Of a stretch of 64,000 bases of DNA, positions 51,510-62,323 are shown one piece after another. Numbering within the stretch: the stretch's first letter is position 1; each line of letters opens with the position of its first letter. Under the pieces are notes generated by a model that was not told the origin of the DNA, ran no database searches, and saw nothing but the letters and a program-made list of their open reading frames with translations. This stretch comes from Octopus sinensis (Eukaryota), in contig NC_043009.1 in assembly GCF_006345805.1 (NCBI RefSeq), forward strand, positions 26,474,001-26,538,000, given 5' to 3'. The position numbers and the translations under genes are program-made.

Positions 51510-54500
51510 TAATAATAATGATAATAATAATAATGATGGGTGCTAAGAATTACTGCTCAAGGTTAAACTATTTTAATGAAGAAAAGGTTTGAAGCCAGAA
51601 ATTCTAAATAAATAGGAGACTGTGAAACTATCCATTCCCTTGACATGAACAATGAAGAGAGTAGACATGATACCAATAGTAATTGGCACACTTGGAAGAA
51701 TCAGCACTCAACTACCAACATGGCTGAAAAAGATTGGTGCAAGTGTGAAGATAGAACATCTACAAATTGCTTGGAACTGCAAGAATTCTTCACAGGGTTC
51801 TTGAAGCATGACCAGTTAACAAGTGTTACCTTAGCCTGCGATATAAGCTGTGAGTTTTCATATAATAGCAATAATAATAAAAATAATAATAATAATAATA
51901 AAAATAATAAGGACAGTTAAGAGGCACGAGGAAAGTAATGATGATACTGGTGATAATTGGAGCATTAGAAACAGTTTCCAAAGGCTTTGAAAAACATATT
52001 AAGAACATTGGAGCTGTTGTCAGGCTTCAGGTGATCCAGAAGATAGCATTGTTGGGTACAGCTCACATTCTAAGGAGAGCATTGTCTCTTTGAGTCAGAG
52101 GAGAAGGAACTACACGAAACTTTTGGTGACTTGTTATTGCCTGCTTTCAAGTAAAGAATAACCAGTAATTAAGAACTATCTGAGAGTCTTTCATAATAAT
52201 AATAATAAGAGCACTCAGAAAGTGAAAGCCTCCACCAAGGCAACACCAACGTCCTCTCAACAATTGGCCAGAAAGGATTTTTAAAATGAGAGTATCTGAA
52301 ATAAACTTGACTGCTCTCACAAACGAGAGTACTGAAAGTGAACCTGACCACTCTCAAAAATTAAGTAAAAATACAGGGAAAATAATCCAGAATCCTTGTC
52401 CGGTACTGGATCGATCCCAAAATCTAATCAGTTCGTGCCAGTTATGTGGCCAAACATCCCTGAAAGTTTTATCCAAATCCATCCAGTGGTTCTTAAGATA
52501 TTAGGTTGTCCTAAAAGTTCGTAAACACTTGCGAAAATTGAATTTTTACTCGCCAAGTACTAACAAAAACAACAAAAATTATTCCTCAAAATAAAGACCA
52601 TTATTTTCCAAGACTTTCTACGAACTTTTGGGACAACCTTATATCATGTCCACAGACAAACGAACAAACAAACAAACACAACTGAAAACAATACCTCTGC
52701 TTTTGCTAAGGCGGAGGTAATAATAGTCCTTTCTATTTTAAGGCACAAGTCAACCTCAGCAGAATTAGAACTTGTTGCTAAGCATTTTGCCTATTGTGCT
52801 AACGATTCCGCCAGCTTGCTGCCTTCCTTTACTCAAACATATCGCAATACAATACAGCATTAATGAAAGATTCAAAGACCTAGCTGAAGAAAGATGGCAA
52901 AGTAAACCCTGGAATGGTTGACAATAATTGACAAAGACTTCACAGAACTGAGATAAATGGAAAAGGGAACCAAAAATAGTTTATTCATGTGGAGATGGAA
53001 GACTTTATAATTCAGCTGACACAAAACCAGAACTTACAGGAAACTCTTACCCAAATATAATCTACAGAATGAGACACGGTAAATGTAGATTATTATAGAG
53101 AAGACCAGGAAACAGCTGAATGCCATTATTTCAGACTGTCCAGTTTTGATCAAGGGAAGATATGCACAAAGCTAATACCAATTACGTATTTATCTTCTCG
53201 AGGTATTATGCAAAACACAAGCAAATCAATACAGACTACAATTGATAGAAAGCCCCCCTCCCTTCGAAAAACTGTTACTGGAAACAACCAAGTGTGTGTG
53301 AAACGATAAGAAAAATCAAAGCGTATTTCTTAGAAATTGTTATTGTTATTATAAACCAACAGATGTTAGGGAAAAGAATATTGTTTTATTGATAAATCTG
53401 TTCCTTCTGAGTAGAACTTCATTACTCTGAAGAATATTGTGGAAAAAAGCAAAAAAAAAACATGAACGCAGAGAGATAAAAGAATACATTGAATGGATGG
53501 GGGGAATGATGAATGGAAAAGTTGTTTGCTTTATAATTAAAGGAGTTGTTCAACAGGTCTATAATCAAAGACATTCTTGGCACGACCACCCTGCCTTCTT
53601 GTATATCAATCCTGACATTTTCCAGTGTATCCTTTGTTTTAACACCAATAGGTTGTGAGCTGAGAAATATTTCACTGTTGTTTCTAGCAGCTCAATTGAC
53701 TGCGTAAAGGTCTCTATACCAGCTGGTCATAATTTTTGTTCTTTTATTCTTCTTTCAGCCATTGGACTCTGCCAATGCTGGAGCACCATTTCGAAGGATT
53801 TATTTGATCAAATTTAGCACATTTTGCCTAAATGCTAAGTTATGGGGGACATAAACAAATACAAACACACACACACACATACACATACATATGACAGGTT
53901 TTCTTTGAGGAGGGGAGGAGGAAAGGCATCCTCAGTGCTTCTGAAACTAATGAAGAGGAAGATTAGGCCCAGCTAAAGGCACTGAAGGGGCCAGGCAACA
54001 GATTAAGTCTACCACCCAACTAGGCAGCCATAGGATTTGAACTCAAAGCATCTGCAACCAGAACAAATAGCACAAGATGTCTTATACAATACTCAAACAG
54101 CCCCACTGATCCCTCAGTCTTCAAAGTAGGGACTTCTTATGTTGTCAGTCCCAAAAGATTGAAAGGTAAAGTTTGACTATAAATTAACCAAGCCCAGGCA
54201 TGGCTGAGTGGTTGAGAAACTTGCCTCCCAACCATGTGGTTTCAGGTTCAATCCAACAGTGCAGCATTTTAGATAAGTGTCTTTTATTATTACTCCAGGT
54301 CTTAAAGGTGGCAAGCTAGCAGAACCATTACCATGCCAGGTGAAATGCTTAACGGTATTTCGTCTGTCGATACATTCTGAGTTCAGATTCCGCCGAGGTC
54401 AACTTTGCCTTTCATCCTTTCGGGGTCAATAAATGAAGTACTAGTTGCATACTGGGGTCGATCTAATCAACTGGCCCCCTCCCCCAAAAAATTTCAGGCC

Positions 54501-55032
54501 TTGTGCCTAGAGTAGAAAAGAATTGTTAGCATGCCAGGTGAAACGCTTAGCAGTATTTCACCTGTTGCTACGTTCTGAGTTCAAATTCTGCTGAGGTCGA
54601 TTTTGCCTTTCATTTTTTCAGGGTCAATAAAATAAGTACCAGTTATGCACTGAAGTCGATGTAATCAACTGGCCCTCTCCCCCCAAATTTCAGGCCTTGT
54701 GCCTATAGAAGAAAGGATTATTACTTCAGGTCTAGGGGTGGTGAGCTGGCAGAGTCATTAGTATGCAGGGAAAAATGCTTAGCAGCATCTCATCCATCTT
54801 TACATCCTGAGTTCAAAGTCCGTCAAGGTTGACATTATCTTTCATCCTTCGGGGAGCGGGGCATGAAATAAATACCAGTTGAACACTGGGTTTGATATAA
54901 TCAACTCGTCTCCTCCTCCTCAAAAATTGCTGCCCTTGTGGCAAAATTTAAAATCATTATTACTTCGAGTCAAATAAGGTCTTGTAAGAGTACAGCACTG
55001 AAAGAAACCTATTGTGTGTGTGGGGGGGGGTA

Positions 55033-55070
<38 letters not shown>

Positions 55071-58000
55071 CACAATATACATAAGTATGCGTATGTTTAT
55101 GTGTCCCCTTGTCTTGGCACTATATGATGGCTGTAAATGAGCATCATTGTCGTATAAGTAGTGTTGTTTATTTCCAGTCTTCTACGAAAAATATGGTTGG
55201 TTATGGAGAAGAATTACTTTACTTGGACATAGGTGAGGGTTGGTGACAGGAAGGGCATCTGGCCGTAGAAAATCGACCTCAACAAATTTCGTCTGACACA
55301 TGCAAGCATGGCAGCCACCACAAAGTACAGTCCTTGTTGTGGTATGGTCGCCTGTGTGCCTCAATAATCCTAAGAGCCCTGCCAAAAGAGTGCAAGCCTC
55401 TTGTAGAGCCTCTCATATTGGGCAGTAGAAAGGATAGGGACCAGACTGATAGGGATCACCTCTTCACAGTAGTAACAAGAAAACTGCAGCAAAGCCAGGT
55501 CAGATGTGGCATGCAGGCCATCATACAACTTGTTTGACATTCTTCTCTTCTGTTTTATGAATCCAGTGTGCATATCTGCATTCATCATCATCATCATCAT
55601 CATTTAACATCCACTTTCCATGCTGGCATGGGTTGGACGATTTGAGTGAGGACTGGTGAGCCAGAAGGCTGCACCAGGCTCCAATCTGATCTGGCAAGGT
55701 TTCTACAGCTTGATGCCCTTCCTAATGCCAACCACTCTGATGTAGTGGGTGCTTTTTACTTGCCACCGGCACAGGAGCCAGTAAGGGGACACCGGCATTG
55801 TATGCATTGTGTGTTCACACTTCTCTTCCTGATTCCTACTCAAAACTGTTCACAGATGACAATCATCTCATGACCTTGTGATCATGAGGAGTGCTTCATG
55901 CTCCAATGAGTGTGAAAAATGAGTTTGTGTATGACCAGCATCCCTACTCAGAAAAAAAAACGCAAGGTTACAGAAGCATTGACAACAATTCAAAACCAAC
56001 AACATATGTGAAAGAGGAAGACTTTCCTTCAGGGAAATACGTAATGCAGTACAAAAAAAAAACAAAAAGGATACTGGGGAAAAATTGGAAAAGGCAGGGA
56101 TCGAACTGGAGGGAAGCTGAGAAGAGAGCCTAGAATTGAGGGCAATGGAGAAAAGTCATCAATGGTCTATATTCCATGGGGTATGATGGGGTTATGTGAA
56201 TAGCATGCAAGCATAGAAAAGTAGATGATGATGATGATGATGATATATGGACCTCAACATATGACTGCTATTTACATTAATGAGTTGAAGCAACCAACTG
56301 CAACATGATTTATTTTGGTCGGATTTGGACATTCTGAAGACTCCTCTGCATCAGTGGTTCTCAACTGTTTTTTTTTTGTTGTTTTGTTTTTTTTAATTTT
56401 TGGACCCCTTTGGTTACTATTTTACTCTAGAGACTGGACCCTCATAGCTATTCAATGTTTAAAAGCTAGTTTCATAGATCCTTCTTGCAATTTGTGCCCT
56501 CACTGAGAGAACATGTTTCAGTGGCTGGAAAACATAAGACATTGCAGAAAGAAACTTAGTTGTTTCTTAAGAGGGAACATGTGGAAGGGGTAGACCTAGG
56601 AAGACATGGGACAAAGTGATGAGAAAGGATTTTCAGATATTGGGCATCACAGAGGCAATGACAGGGGGCCAAAACCCCTGGCAGTTTGCTATGATTGAGA
56701 AGCCACATCAAGCTAAGTAAAACCATAGTTGTCCTTGCATACTGGCATATGATCGCCAGCATCCCTCTTCAGCTGAATCTTCATAATTTTGCAGGCTCAT
56801 GCATGCTGGTGCTATATAAAAAGCACCCATACCGGTGCCATGTAAAAGCACCCACTACACCCTGTAAAATGATTGGTGTGAGGAAGGGCATCCAGCCATA
56901 GAAATCAAGCCAAAACAGACATGGAACCCAGGCAGGTTATCAACTGCTGTCAAACCGTCCAACCCATGCCAGCATGGAAGACAGATGTTAAATGATGACG
57001 AAATCAAAATGAACCCTTAAAATACTACTATGAACCCCCAGTTTACTATTTTGCTTGCACGGAACCCCAAAATCTTATATGGACCCCAGAGGAGAATCAC
57101 TGTTCTACATGATCAATTGATTTGCTAAAAATAGCAGCTGAATCTTTCACAAATCACACTCCACTGTCTTAGAAAAGGACACATTGGATAATGCAGTCCT
57201 TGGTTTTCTGCATGTAAGCAAAAGATGGGATGGTCATGGCCAGAACGCCTGTGACCAAAACTTTAATTGATCAAGACTGACCTGGAGTTAAACAACAACA
57301 ACAACAGCAGCAACAAAATATAGAATGACAAACATATCAGGGAGACTATACAAGGTTGCTCGAAATGCAAGAAATAGCAGCCAAATGTCTAGCATCTAAA
57401 GAAAAGGGAGCACATGAGATACACTGCATAAGGCAGTCTCAGGTACAGTCACACTGAATAATCTGGATCGATGTTCGCCACATATAAGAAAACGACAGGA
57501 TGGTCATGGATGGAATCGTTTTAATCATGGCTCTATTCAATCAAAGCTGACTTTATGCTAAACACAACACCAAGCCGTGTTCACTTCTTGGACTTCGATT
57601 CACATTGAAACAAATAGATCTAAGGGAGATAATCCAAATAGGAAAATAAATTTAATTCTATACAGAATTTCCAACGAAATTTTTAGAGACGGAAAAAATT
57701 AATTGTAATCGACTTAACATAGAAGCATTCCAGCAGTGACCATCCAGTTTTATTTGCAGAAATAATATATCCCGAATTATAATATCACTTGTTTATTTCC
57801 TTATTATTTTTAAATATAACAGAGAGTTATTTATGAAAGTTTTGCTACCTCCAACTAAAACAAGTGGGACTCCATTGCTTGCATGTTTATAATATATACA
57901 GAAAGATTCCTGAAGTTTTAAGCACTGGTATCCTTGGGGCCACGAGACAAAACATCTACCCAAGAGGCTGCACAAGGGGTGTGTGCTTGAAACCACAGGA

Positions 58001-61000
58001 TTTCCAAGTGGAATCTTCAGCCACAGAGCAATGCCCTGGCACCTTTTAAGTAGTGACAAGTCTATAGATATGTATACACACACACACATATATATATATA
58101 TACACATGCACACACACACACATATATATATACACATGCACACACACACATATATATATATATATACATATGCACACATATATATGTATGCACACACATG
58201 TATATAAATATACACGTATACATACATACATGTGCATACATGTATATACATGTCCTTATTTGTAAATTGCAGTGGTATGAAACTCAAGCTGCAAGATAAG
58301 CATGCCATTGTAATAAAACACACAGTGTGTGTGTGTATACACATTCCCTCCACACACAAACACATACATACACGAATAAACTCGACTCCATATATACTCA
58401 CCTTCTCAATACCTTCCATCTTTCGCTTAATCTCCAGTTCAACAATGGTTTGGAAGTTTTTCTGTGAAACCGAGAGCAATTGTTCTCGTCTCAATAAATC
58501 TTTCTTTTTCTCAGCCAAAACATGATTTTCTTCCTAAGTAAAACAACAAAACAACAACAACAGAACAATCGGTCAGCCAATGGAAGCCTCGAATACAAAG
58601 ACAAAAGTACAACAGAATGGTCATTCACATCAAATTCTATGCCATTGTGCAACACAGTCTCTCTCGTTTGTATACATAAGCATACCCTATGTATAGAAGT
58701 AGCAGCTCCACCTCCTCCTCCTCCTGTAACAGTAAAATCATTCTCAAAATAGGGCTACAGTATGGTCATTTCAAAAATCTTTAATTACCATTGTTTAGTG
58801 TCAGTTTTCCAATCTGGCATGGGCTGGATGGTATGACAGGAGATAGCAAGCCAGAGGACTGCACAAAGCCTCGATGTCTTGTTTGGCATGGTTTCTATAG
58901 CTGGATACCCTTCCTAATGCCAACCACTTTACAGTGTGTACTAGATGCTTTCTATGTGGTGCTATAGAAAAGTCACCAAGCACCTCATAAGACAAGACCC
59001 CCTCTCAACTGTGAAGAGTGTAATTTTGAGGGAGACAACAAGAGAGAGAACTGTACCAAACTGCAATGTCTGCTTTGGCATGATTTCTACGGTTGATTCC
59101 ATTCCTAAAGCCAACCACTTTACAGAGTGGGCTGGCTGCTTTTTATGTGGCACCAGCATAAGTGAGGTTACCAAACAACTTGCAAGACCACCTCAACTAA
59201 GGCTGATGTAGTACTGAGGGAGATAGTTTTATAGCAGGTGATGAAGATACAGAGGTACCCCAGATGGAGAAGGATGAGGATGGTGGTGAAGATATATCAA
59301 GCTACACAAAGGTGAATATAAGAGAAGGGGTATGGGTGGGTAAGTGTGTTTGTGGGAGAGGATGGTGGTAGATGGGTAGACCCCCAAGAATACACAATTT
59401 TCTTCACACATTCTCCCAAAAATTGCCCGGAAACAGGTGAGAGTTGGCAGCAGAGAGAGCATCCAGCTGTAGAAAATCTGCTGCAACAAGTTCTGTTTGA
59501 CCCATGCTAACATGGAAAAAGTGGACAGGTGTGGCTATGAGATAAGAAGCTTGCTTCCTAACCACATGGTTTTGGGTTCAGTCCCACTAAGTAGCACCTT
59601 GGGCAGGTGTCATTTACTATAGCCTTAGGCTGACCAAAGCCTTGTAAGTGGATCTGGTAGATGGAAACCGAAAGAAGCCCATCATATATGTATGTGTGTC
59701 TGTGTTTGTCCACCATTCCTCTTGACAACTGGTGTTGTTATGTTTATATCCTCATAACCTAGTAGTTCAGCAAAAGAGACTGATAGAATAAGTACCTGGT
59801 TTGAAATGGAAAGAAGTACCAGGGTCAATTAGTTTGAGTAAAATTCGAGGCGGTGCCCCAGCATGGCCACAGTCAAATGATTAAAACAAGTACGAGATAA
59901 ATGATAAAAGATTAATATGATGATGATGATGATGTATTTTGAAATCTTACCTTGAGTTTGGCACTAATTTTCTGAAGTTCTTGCATAATACCAATCACAT
60001 TTGATTTGGAACGACTTCTATCATCAGCAGAATCGTAATTATCATTATCTACATCATCGTCGTCATCATAATCTACAACAAGGAAAGATAACAAATAAAT
60101 ATAATTTATAAATATCATTCTTCAGAGATTAGAAAATTACTATTTTTAAATCTCACAACGAGAGATATTCCACATTAGTACTTTGGAGTAAAGATTGTTT
60201 GCCAACATAACATGGCAGTCCTAGTTTAGATCATGTCATATAGCCAGCTGGAGATAACTTACAGCAACATTTGTCCTAAACCAGGACTGTTACGTTGGCA
60301 AACAATCTTTACTACAAAGTACTGTTGCTGAATATCTCACATTGTGAGATTTAAAAATAGTAATTTTCTAATTTATAAATCAGTGACTAGCTGCAGCGCC
60401 ACCTCTAGCCCAACAAATATTCTGTGCTGATGAAGGGAAATAACCCGAAAATCGCGATACACAGATATTGTTTTGGGCTGAGTGGGGGTGCTAGATTCCC
60501 TTGTTTGAAAATATAAGGACACAGTGTCGTTTAGCCAGCTGGAGATGATGTCTCCTGGGGCTAAATTACAGCAACATTTGTCCTAAACCAGGACTGCTAT
60601 GTTATGTTGGCAAACAATCTTTACCTTATTCTTCAAAGACTTCTAAATTCTAGAAGATAAATTTTGCAGGCATAGCTATGTGGAATTCACTTTGCAAACC
60701 ACATGGTTCCAGGTTCAGTCCAAGTGCATGGACAAGTGTCTTCTACTATAGCCATGGGCCGACCAAAACCTTGGAAACAACAGCAGCAACAACAACTATA
60801 AGGAAGTTGTAAACCATTATTACCATTTCCTTCAAGACCTTCTGTAGATTTCCTTGGATGGCATTTACATTGACAGTGGCTGCCAGTATCTGTGTCCATG
60901 TTCAGAACCGACTGCAAAGACGCACGGCAGAAGTCATACAGGCTTTCTGTAGAATCATTAAAGTTGATTCCATATCCATTTAATTCTTGCTTTGGGAAAA

Positions 61001-62323
61001 CAGCAGATTCTGAAGTAAATCAAACAATAACCATATAAAAAAAAAACAAATAAAACAAAATGGAAGAGAGAAATCTTGGAACTTAAGAATGAAGCACAGA
61101 TACATGATATGACCACGAGAAAATAATTTGTATAAGCTGATCATCATCATCAGCATCATTTAAGCATGGTTCGGATGGTTTGATAGGATCCAATGCAGAG
61201 GACTGCATTGAACTCCTGTGTCTGCTTTGACATAATCTCTACTGCTAGATGCCCTTCTTAATACCAGCTGCTTTACAGAGTGTACCGGGTGCTTTTTATG
61301 GGGCACTAGCACTAGAGGGCTCACCAAGCAATTCATAAGGTAAGACCTCTTAATTGAAGTGGGTATGGTATTGAGGGAGGGAATGAGCCAGGGGACTGGC
61401 ATGACTTCTTTAGCTCTTTTTACTCTTTGACTTGTTTCAGTCATTTGACTGCGGCTATGCTGGAGCACCGTCGAGCAAATCGACCTCAGGACTTATTCTT
61501 GTAAGCCTAGTACTTATTCTATTGGTCTCTTTTGCCGAACAGCTAAGTTACAGGGACATAAACACACCAGCATCGGTTGTCAAGCGATGTTGGGGGAACA
61601 AACACACATACATATATACGACGGGCTTCTTTCAGTTTCCATCAACCAAATCTACTCACAAGGCTAGGCTATAGTAGAAGACACTTGCCCAAAGTGCCAC
61701 ACAGTGGGACTGAACCCGGAACCATGTGGTTGGTAAGCAAGCTACTTACCACACAGCTACTCCTGCTCCTTTCCTAATGCCAAACACTTTCCAGAATGTA
61801 CTGGGTGATGGTGACATGTAAAAGCACCCATGCCTGTGATATGTAACAGCCCCCGTGCCGATGACATGTGAAAGCATTCATGTCAGTGACACAAAAAGTA
61901 TCCGTGCTGATGACATGAAAAAGCATCTGTGTTGATAACACGTAAAAGGCACCCACTACATTCTTGGAGTGGTTGGCTTTAAGAAGGGCATCCAGCCAGA
62001 GAAACCATGCCAAATCAGACTAGAACCTGGTGCAGCTCTCCAGCTTACCAGTTCCTGTAAAACTGTCCAACCCATGCCAGCATGGAAAGCAGATGCTAAA
62101 TGATGATGATGATGATGATGATGATGATTACCCCTAGAGGGGTTCCCAAGTAAGTCACAAGACAAAGAAAAATCACTTCAGTTGTAAAACGGTGGATATT
62201 CTTCAGATCCTAGAACAACAAAATGGTAAGTCATTCGGAAATGGTATGAAATCTTGGAGACTGCAATGTAAGAGAATAAAGGAAGAAATGCTTCTTACCA
62301 ATGTCACTGTCTTTGGAAGCCAT
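15901..62323 (-). CDS. CCDC138: Coiled-coil domain-containing protein 138 orthologue; spliced CDS, 10 exons in window, 3'-incomplete (~435 aa)
   Basis: Hand-spliced exons all have AG/GT boundaries and compatible phases (25+186+122+132+120+78+132+168+123+220 = 1306 nt). Peptides match, in the same order, motifs I recall from vertebrate CCDC138: REQLL, KEK..KRLR..F..LK, QARL.NLQ, ERCLK/EKCVK, F.YW...[24 protein letters not shown]. Not verified by BLAST. Confidence 0.9.
16753..16875 (-). CDS. CCDC138: CCDC138 exon 9 ([41 protein letters not shown])
   Basis: ggtttcag| ... tca|gtaagt; 123 nt. Confidence 0.92.
17152..17430 (+). pseudogene. R4/Dong-type RT fragment
   Basis: [44 protein letters not shown] directly after (AAT)n. 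Confidence 0.75.
17620..17790. repeat. (TAC)n microsatellite
   Basis: direct reading. Confidence 0.97.
18660..18990 (-). pseudogene. Decayed RTE LINE ORF end
   Basis: [27 protein letters not shown] within ORF 18516-19142. Confidence 0.75.
21133..21910 (+). mobile_element. Helitron-like non-autonomous element inserted in the (TA)n linker of a SINE
   Basis: Starts actagcagcatagcccggcgttgcc, ends cagacagacaaactgccgtttatatatagagagat; the SINE head (20958-21130) resumes at ~21910-22180. Confidence 0.5.
23892..25372. mobile_element. Penelope-like pLTR pair in inverted orientation (23892-24251 / 25010-25372)
   Basis: ~360-bp inverted arms with high identity; intact HHR in the left arm, decayed core in the right arm. 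Confidence 0.65.
24088..24212 (-). ncRNA. Type I hammerhead ribozyme with very long loop II
   Basis: Minus strand: ctct CUGACGA ggcctatg ...~80 nt... cataggct GAAAC agct GUA agag; 8-bp stem II, palindromic stem III ACAGCUGU, 4-bp stem I. Confidence 0.7.
25575..25940 (-). mobile_element. tRNA-derived SINE family A, young full-length copy (others e.g. 5827-6278+, 26573-26950+, 30401-30947-, 39030-39430-, 42745-43075+, 59525-59900+, 61405-61765-)
   Basis: A/B-box-like head AGGCGCAGGAGTGGCTGTGTGGTAAG...GGGTTCAGTCCC, central (TA/TG)n, 3' AAAAGAGTAAAAGAG; many diverged copies. Confidence 0.9.
30620..30785. repeat. (TA)n microsatellite expanded inside a SINE linker
   Basis: direct reading. Confidence 0.97.
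31174..32152 (-). mobile_element. Young 5'-truncated RTE LINE with intact ORF end, 3' UTR and (GAT)n tail
   Basis: ORF 31772-32146: [12 protein letters not shown]...[14 protein letters not shown]; tail catcatcat at 31174. Confidence 0.92.
33040..33360 (-). pseudogene. Decayed RTE LINE ORF end
   Basis: Nucleotide similarity to the 31772-32146 RTE ORF end (ttcctctttcacaagttccctc, cacatgacca). Confidence 0.55.
35014..35231. mobile_element. piggyBac-type MITE (other copies ~1130-1290, 1322-1540, 22965-23165, 37975-38135)
   Basis: TTAA|CCCTTTC ... GAAAGAG|TTAA termini; multi-copy in window. Confidence 0.75.
35470..36030 (+). mobile_element. SINE family B, three head-to-tail copies (others e.g. 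12830-13510-, 14185-14400-, 14810-15025-, 42335-42710+, 54305-54960+)
   Basis: Shared core GTTCTGAGTTCAAATTCCGCCGAGGTCGACTTTGCCTTTCATCCTTTCGGGGTCGATAAATTAAGTACCAG, resembling the Deu/Nin-type SINE central domain (inference). Confidence 0.85.
36330..37185. repeat. ~860-bp compound (TA/CA)n microsatellite
   Basis: Nearly uninterrupted alternating pyrimidine-purine tract; source of the YI/HT-rich ORFs. Confidence 0.98.
37295..37385. repeat. (AGT)n-(AGC)n compound microsatellite
   Basis: direct reading. Confidence 0.95.
40289..40853. mobile_element. Second piggyBac-type MITE family, split by an RTE-tail insertion (~40460-40824); partial copy at ~16200-16320
   Basis: TTAA|CCCTTTAGC ... GCAAAAGGA|TTAA. 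Confidence 0.65.
40889..41056 (-). CDS. CCDC138: CCDC138 exon 8 ([21 protein letters not shown]...SERCLK)
   Basis: tttatag| ... aag|gtaaca; 168 nt; alternative in-frame acceptor 9 nt downstream (ttctgcag). Confidence 0.88.
43262..44135 (+). mobile_element. Internally deleted Tc1/mariner element of DD37D (maT)-like type
   Basis: TA|CAGGGTGC...GCACCCTG|TA; transposase remnant [19 protein letters not shown]...[20 protein letters not shown]- and NSPDCNPLD-like motifs across frameshifts. Confidence 0.8.
45010..45520. repeat. Compound (GATG)/(GATA)/(GA)n microsatellite
   Basis: direct reading. Confidence 0.95.
46893..47024 (-). CDS. CCDC138: CCDC138 exon 7 ([13 protein letters not shown]...KRSLKASK)
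   Basis: ggttttag| ... aag|gtaaat; 132 nt, phase 0-0. Confidence 0.8.
48290..48675 (-). mobile_element. tRNA-Arg-like-headed SINE (related fragment ~45980-46170)
   Basis: Minus head gcccattggttagggtagcggacttgtggtc...ggttttgataccc followed by non-tRNA body. Confidence 0.65.
49470..49885 (-). pseudogene. RTE LINE ORF-end fragment (different subfamily)
   Basis: [23 protein letters not shown]...[14 protein letters not shown]. Confidence 0.8.
49932..50009 (-). CDS. CCDC138: CCDC138 exon 6 ([26 protein letters not shown])
   Basis: ttttcatag| ... cag|gtaaaa; 78 nt; QARL.NLQ motif. Confidence 0.92.
51332..51451 (-). CDS. CCDC138: CCDC138 exon 5 ([40 protein letters not shown])
   Basis: ctgtag| ... 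gag|gtaagt; 120 nt. Confidence 0.92.
51643..52200 (+). mobile_element. Two tandem R4/Dong-type 3' ends separated and followed by (AAT)n
   Basis: IPIVIGTLG...[14 protein letters not shown] (51643-51810) and [13 protein letters not shown]...[19 protein letters not shown] (51915-52092). Confidence 0.8.
52209..52720 (+). mobile_element. Helentron/HINE-like non-autonomous element (copy 2, with 3' hairpin)
   Basis: 3' hairpin acctctgc...gcggaggt; homologous to 13731-14083. Confidence 0.5.
52850..53310 (+). pseudogene. Highly decayed R4/Dong-type thumb/zinc-knuckle fragment
   Basis: Broken translation [14 protein letters not shown]... EDQET...IISDCPVL. Confidence 0.5.
55870..56190 (+). pseudogene. 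Decayed RTE-type 3' end
   Basis: ...WKRQG(I)[25 protein letters not shown]-like terminus. Confidence 0.5.
56352..57102. mobile_element. hAT (Charlie-like) MITE with nested RTE 3' insertion
   Basis: TIR cagtggttctc / gagaatcactg; imperfect 8-bp TSD ctctgcat / ttctacat. Confidence 0.6.
58402..58533 (-). CDS. CCDC138: CCDC138 exon 4 ([20 protein letters not shown]...KMEGIEK)
   Basis: ttacttag| ... aag|gtgagt; 132 nt; coiled-coil with REQLL motif. Confidence 0.9.
59951..60072 (-). CDS. CCDC138: CCDC138 exon 3 ([14 protein letters not shown]...[13 protein letters not shown]), phase 1-0
   Basis: ttgtag| ... aag|gtaaga; 122 nt. Confidence 0.85.
60416..60469 (+). ncRNA. Minimal hammerhead motif with one extra A in the GAAA core
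   Basis: stem I tctgtg/cacaga (extends after a bulge); CUGAUGA 60427-60433; A-GGG/CCC stem II; GAAAA; palindrome ATCGCGAT; UA cleavage site. Confidence 0.6.
60824..61009 (-). CDS. CCDC138: CCDC138 exon 2 ([14 protein letters not shown]...[18 protein letters not shown]), phase 1-1
   Basis: ttacttcag| ... aatg|gtaata; 186 nt open frame in non-repetitive sequence. Confidence 0.8.

Noticed and set aside
57793-58518. 241-aa ORF as a standalone gene
   Set aside because: Only the first ~39 codons are real (exon 4); the rest is intron read-through with microsatellite
62200-62232. Plus-strand 19-nt micro-exon (ttcttcag|...|gtaagt)
   Set aside because: Isolated; no plus-strand gene evident
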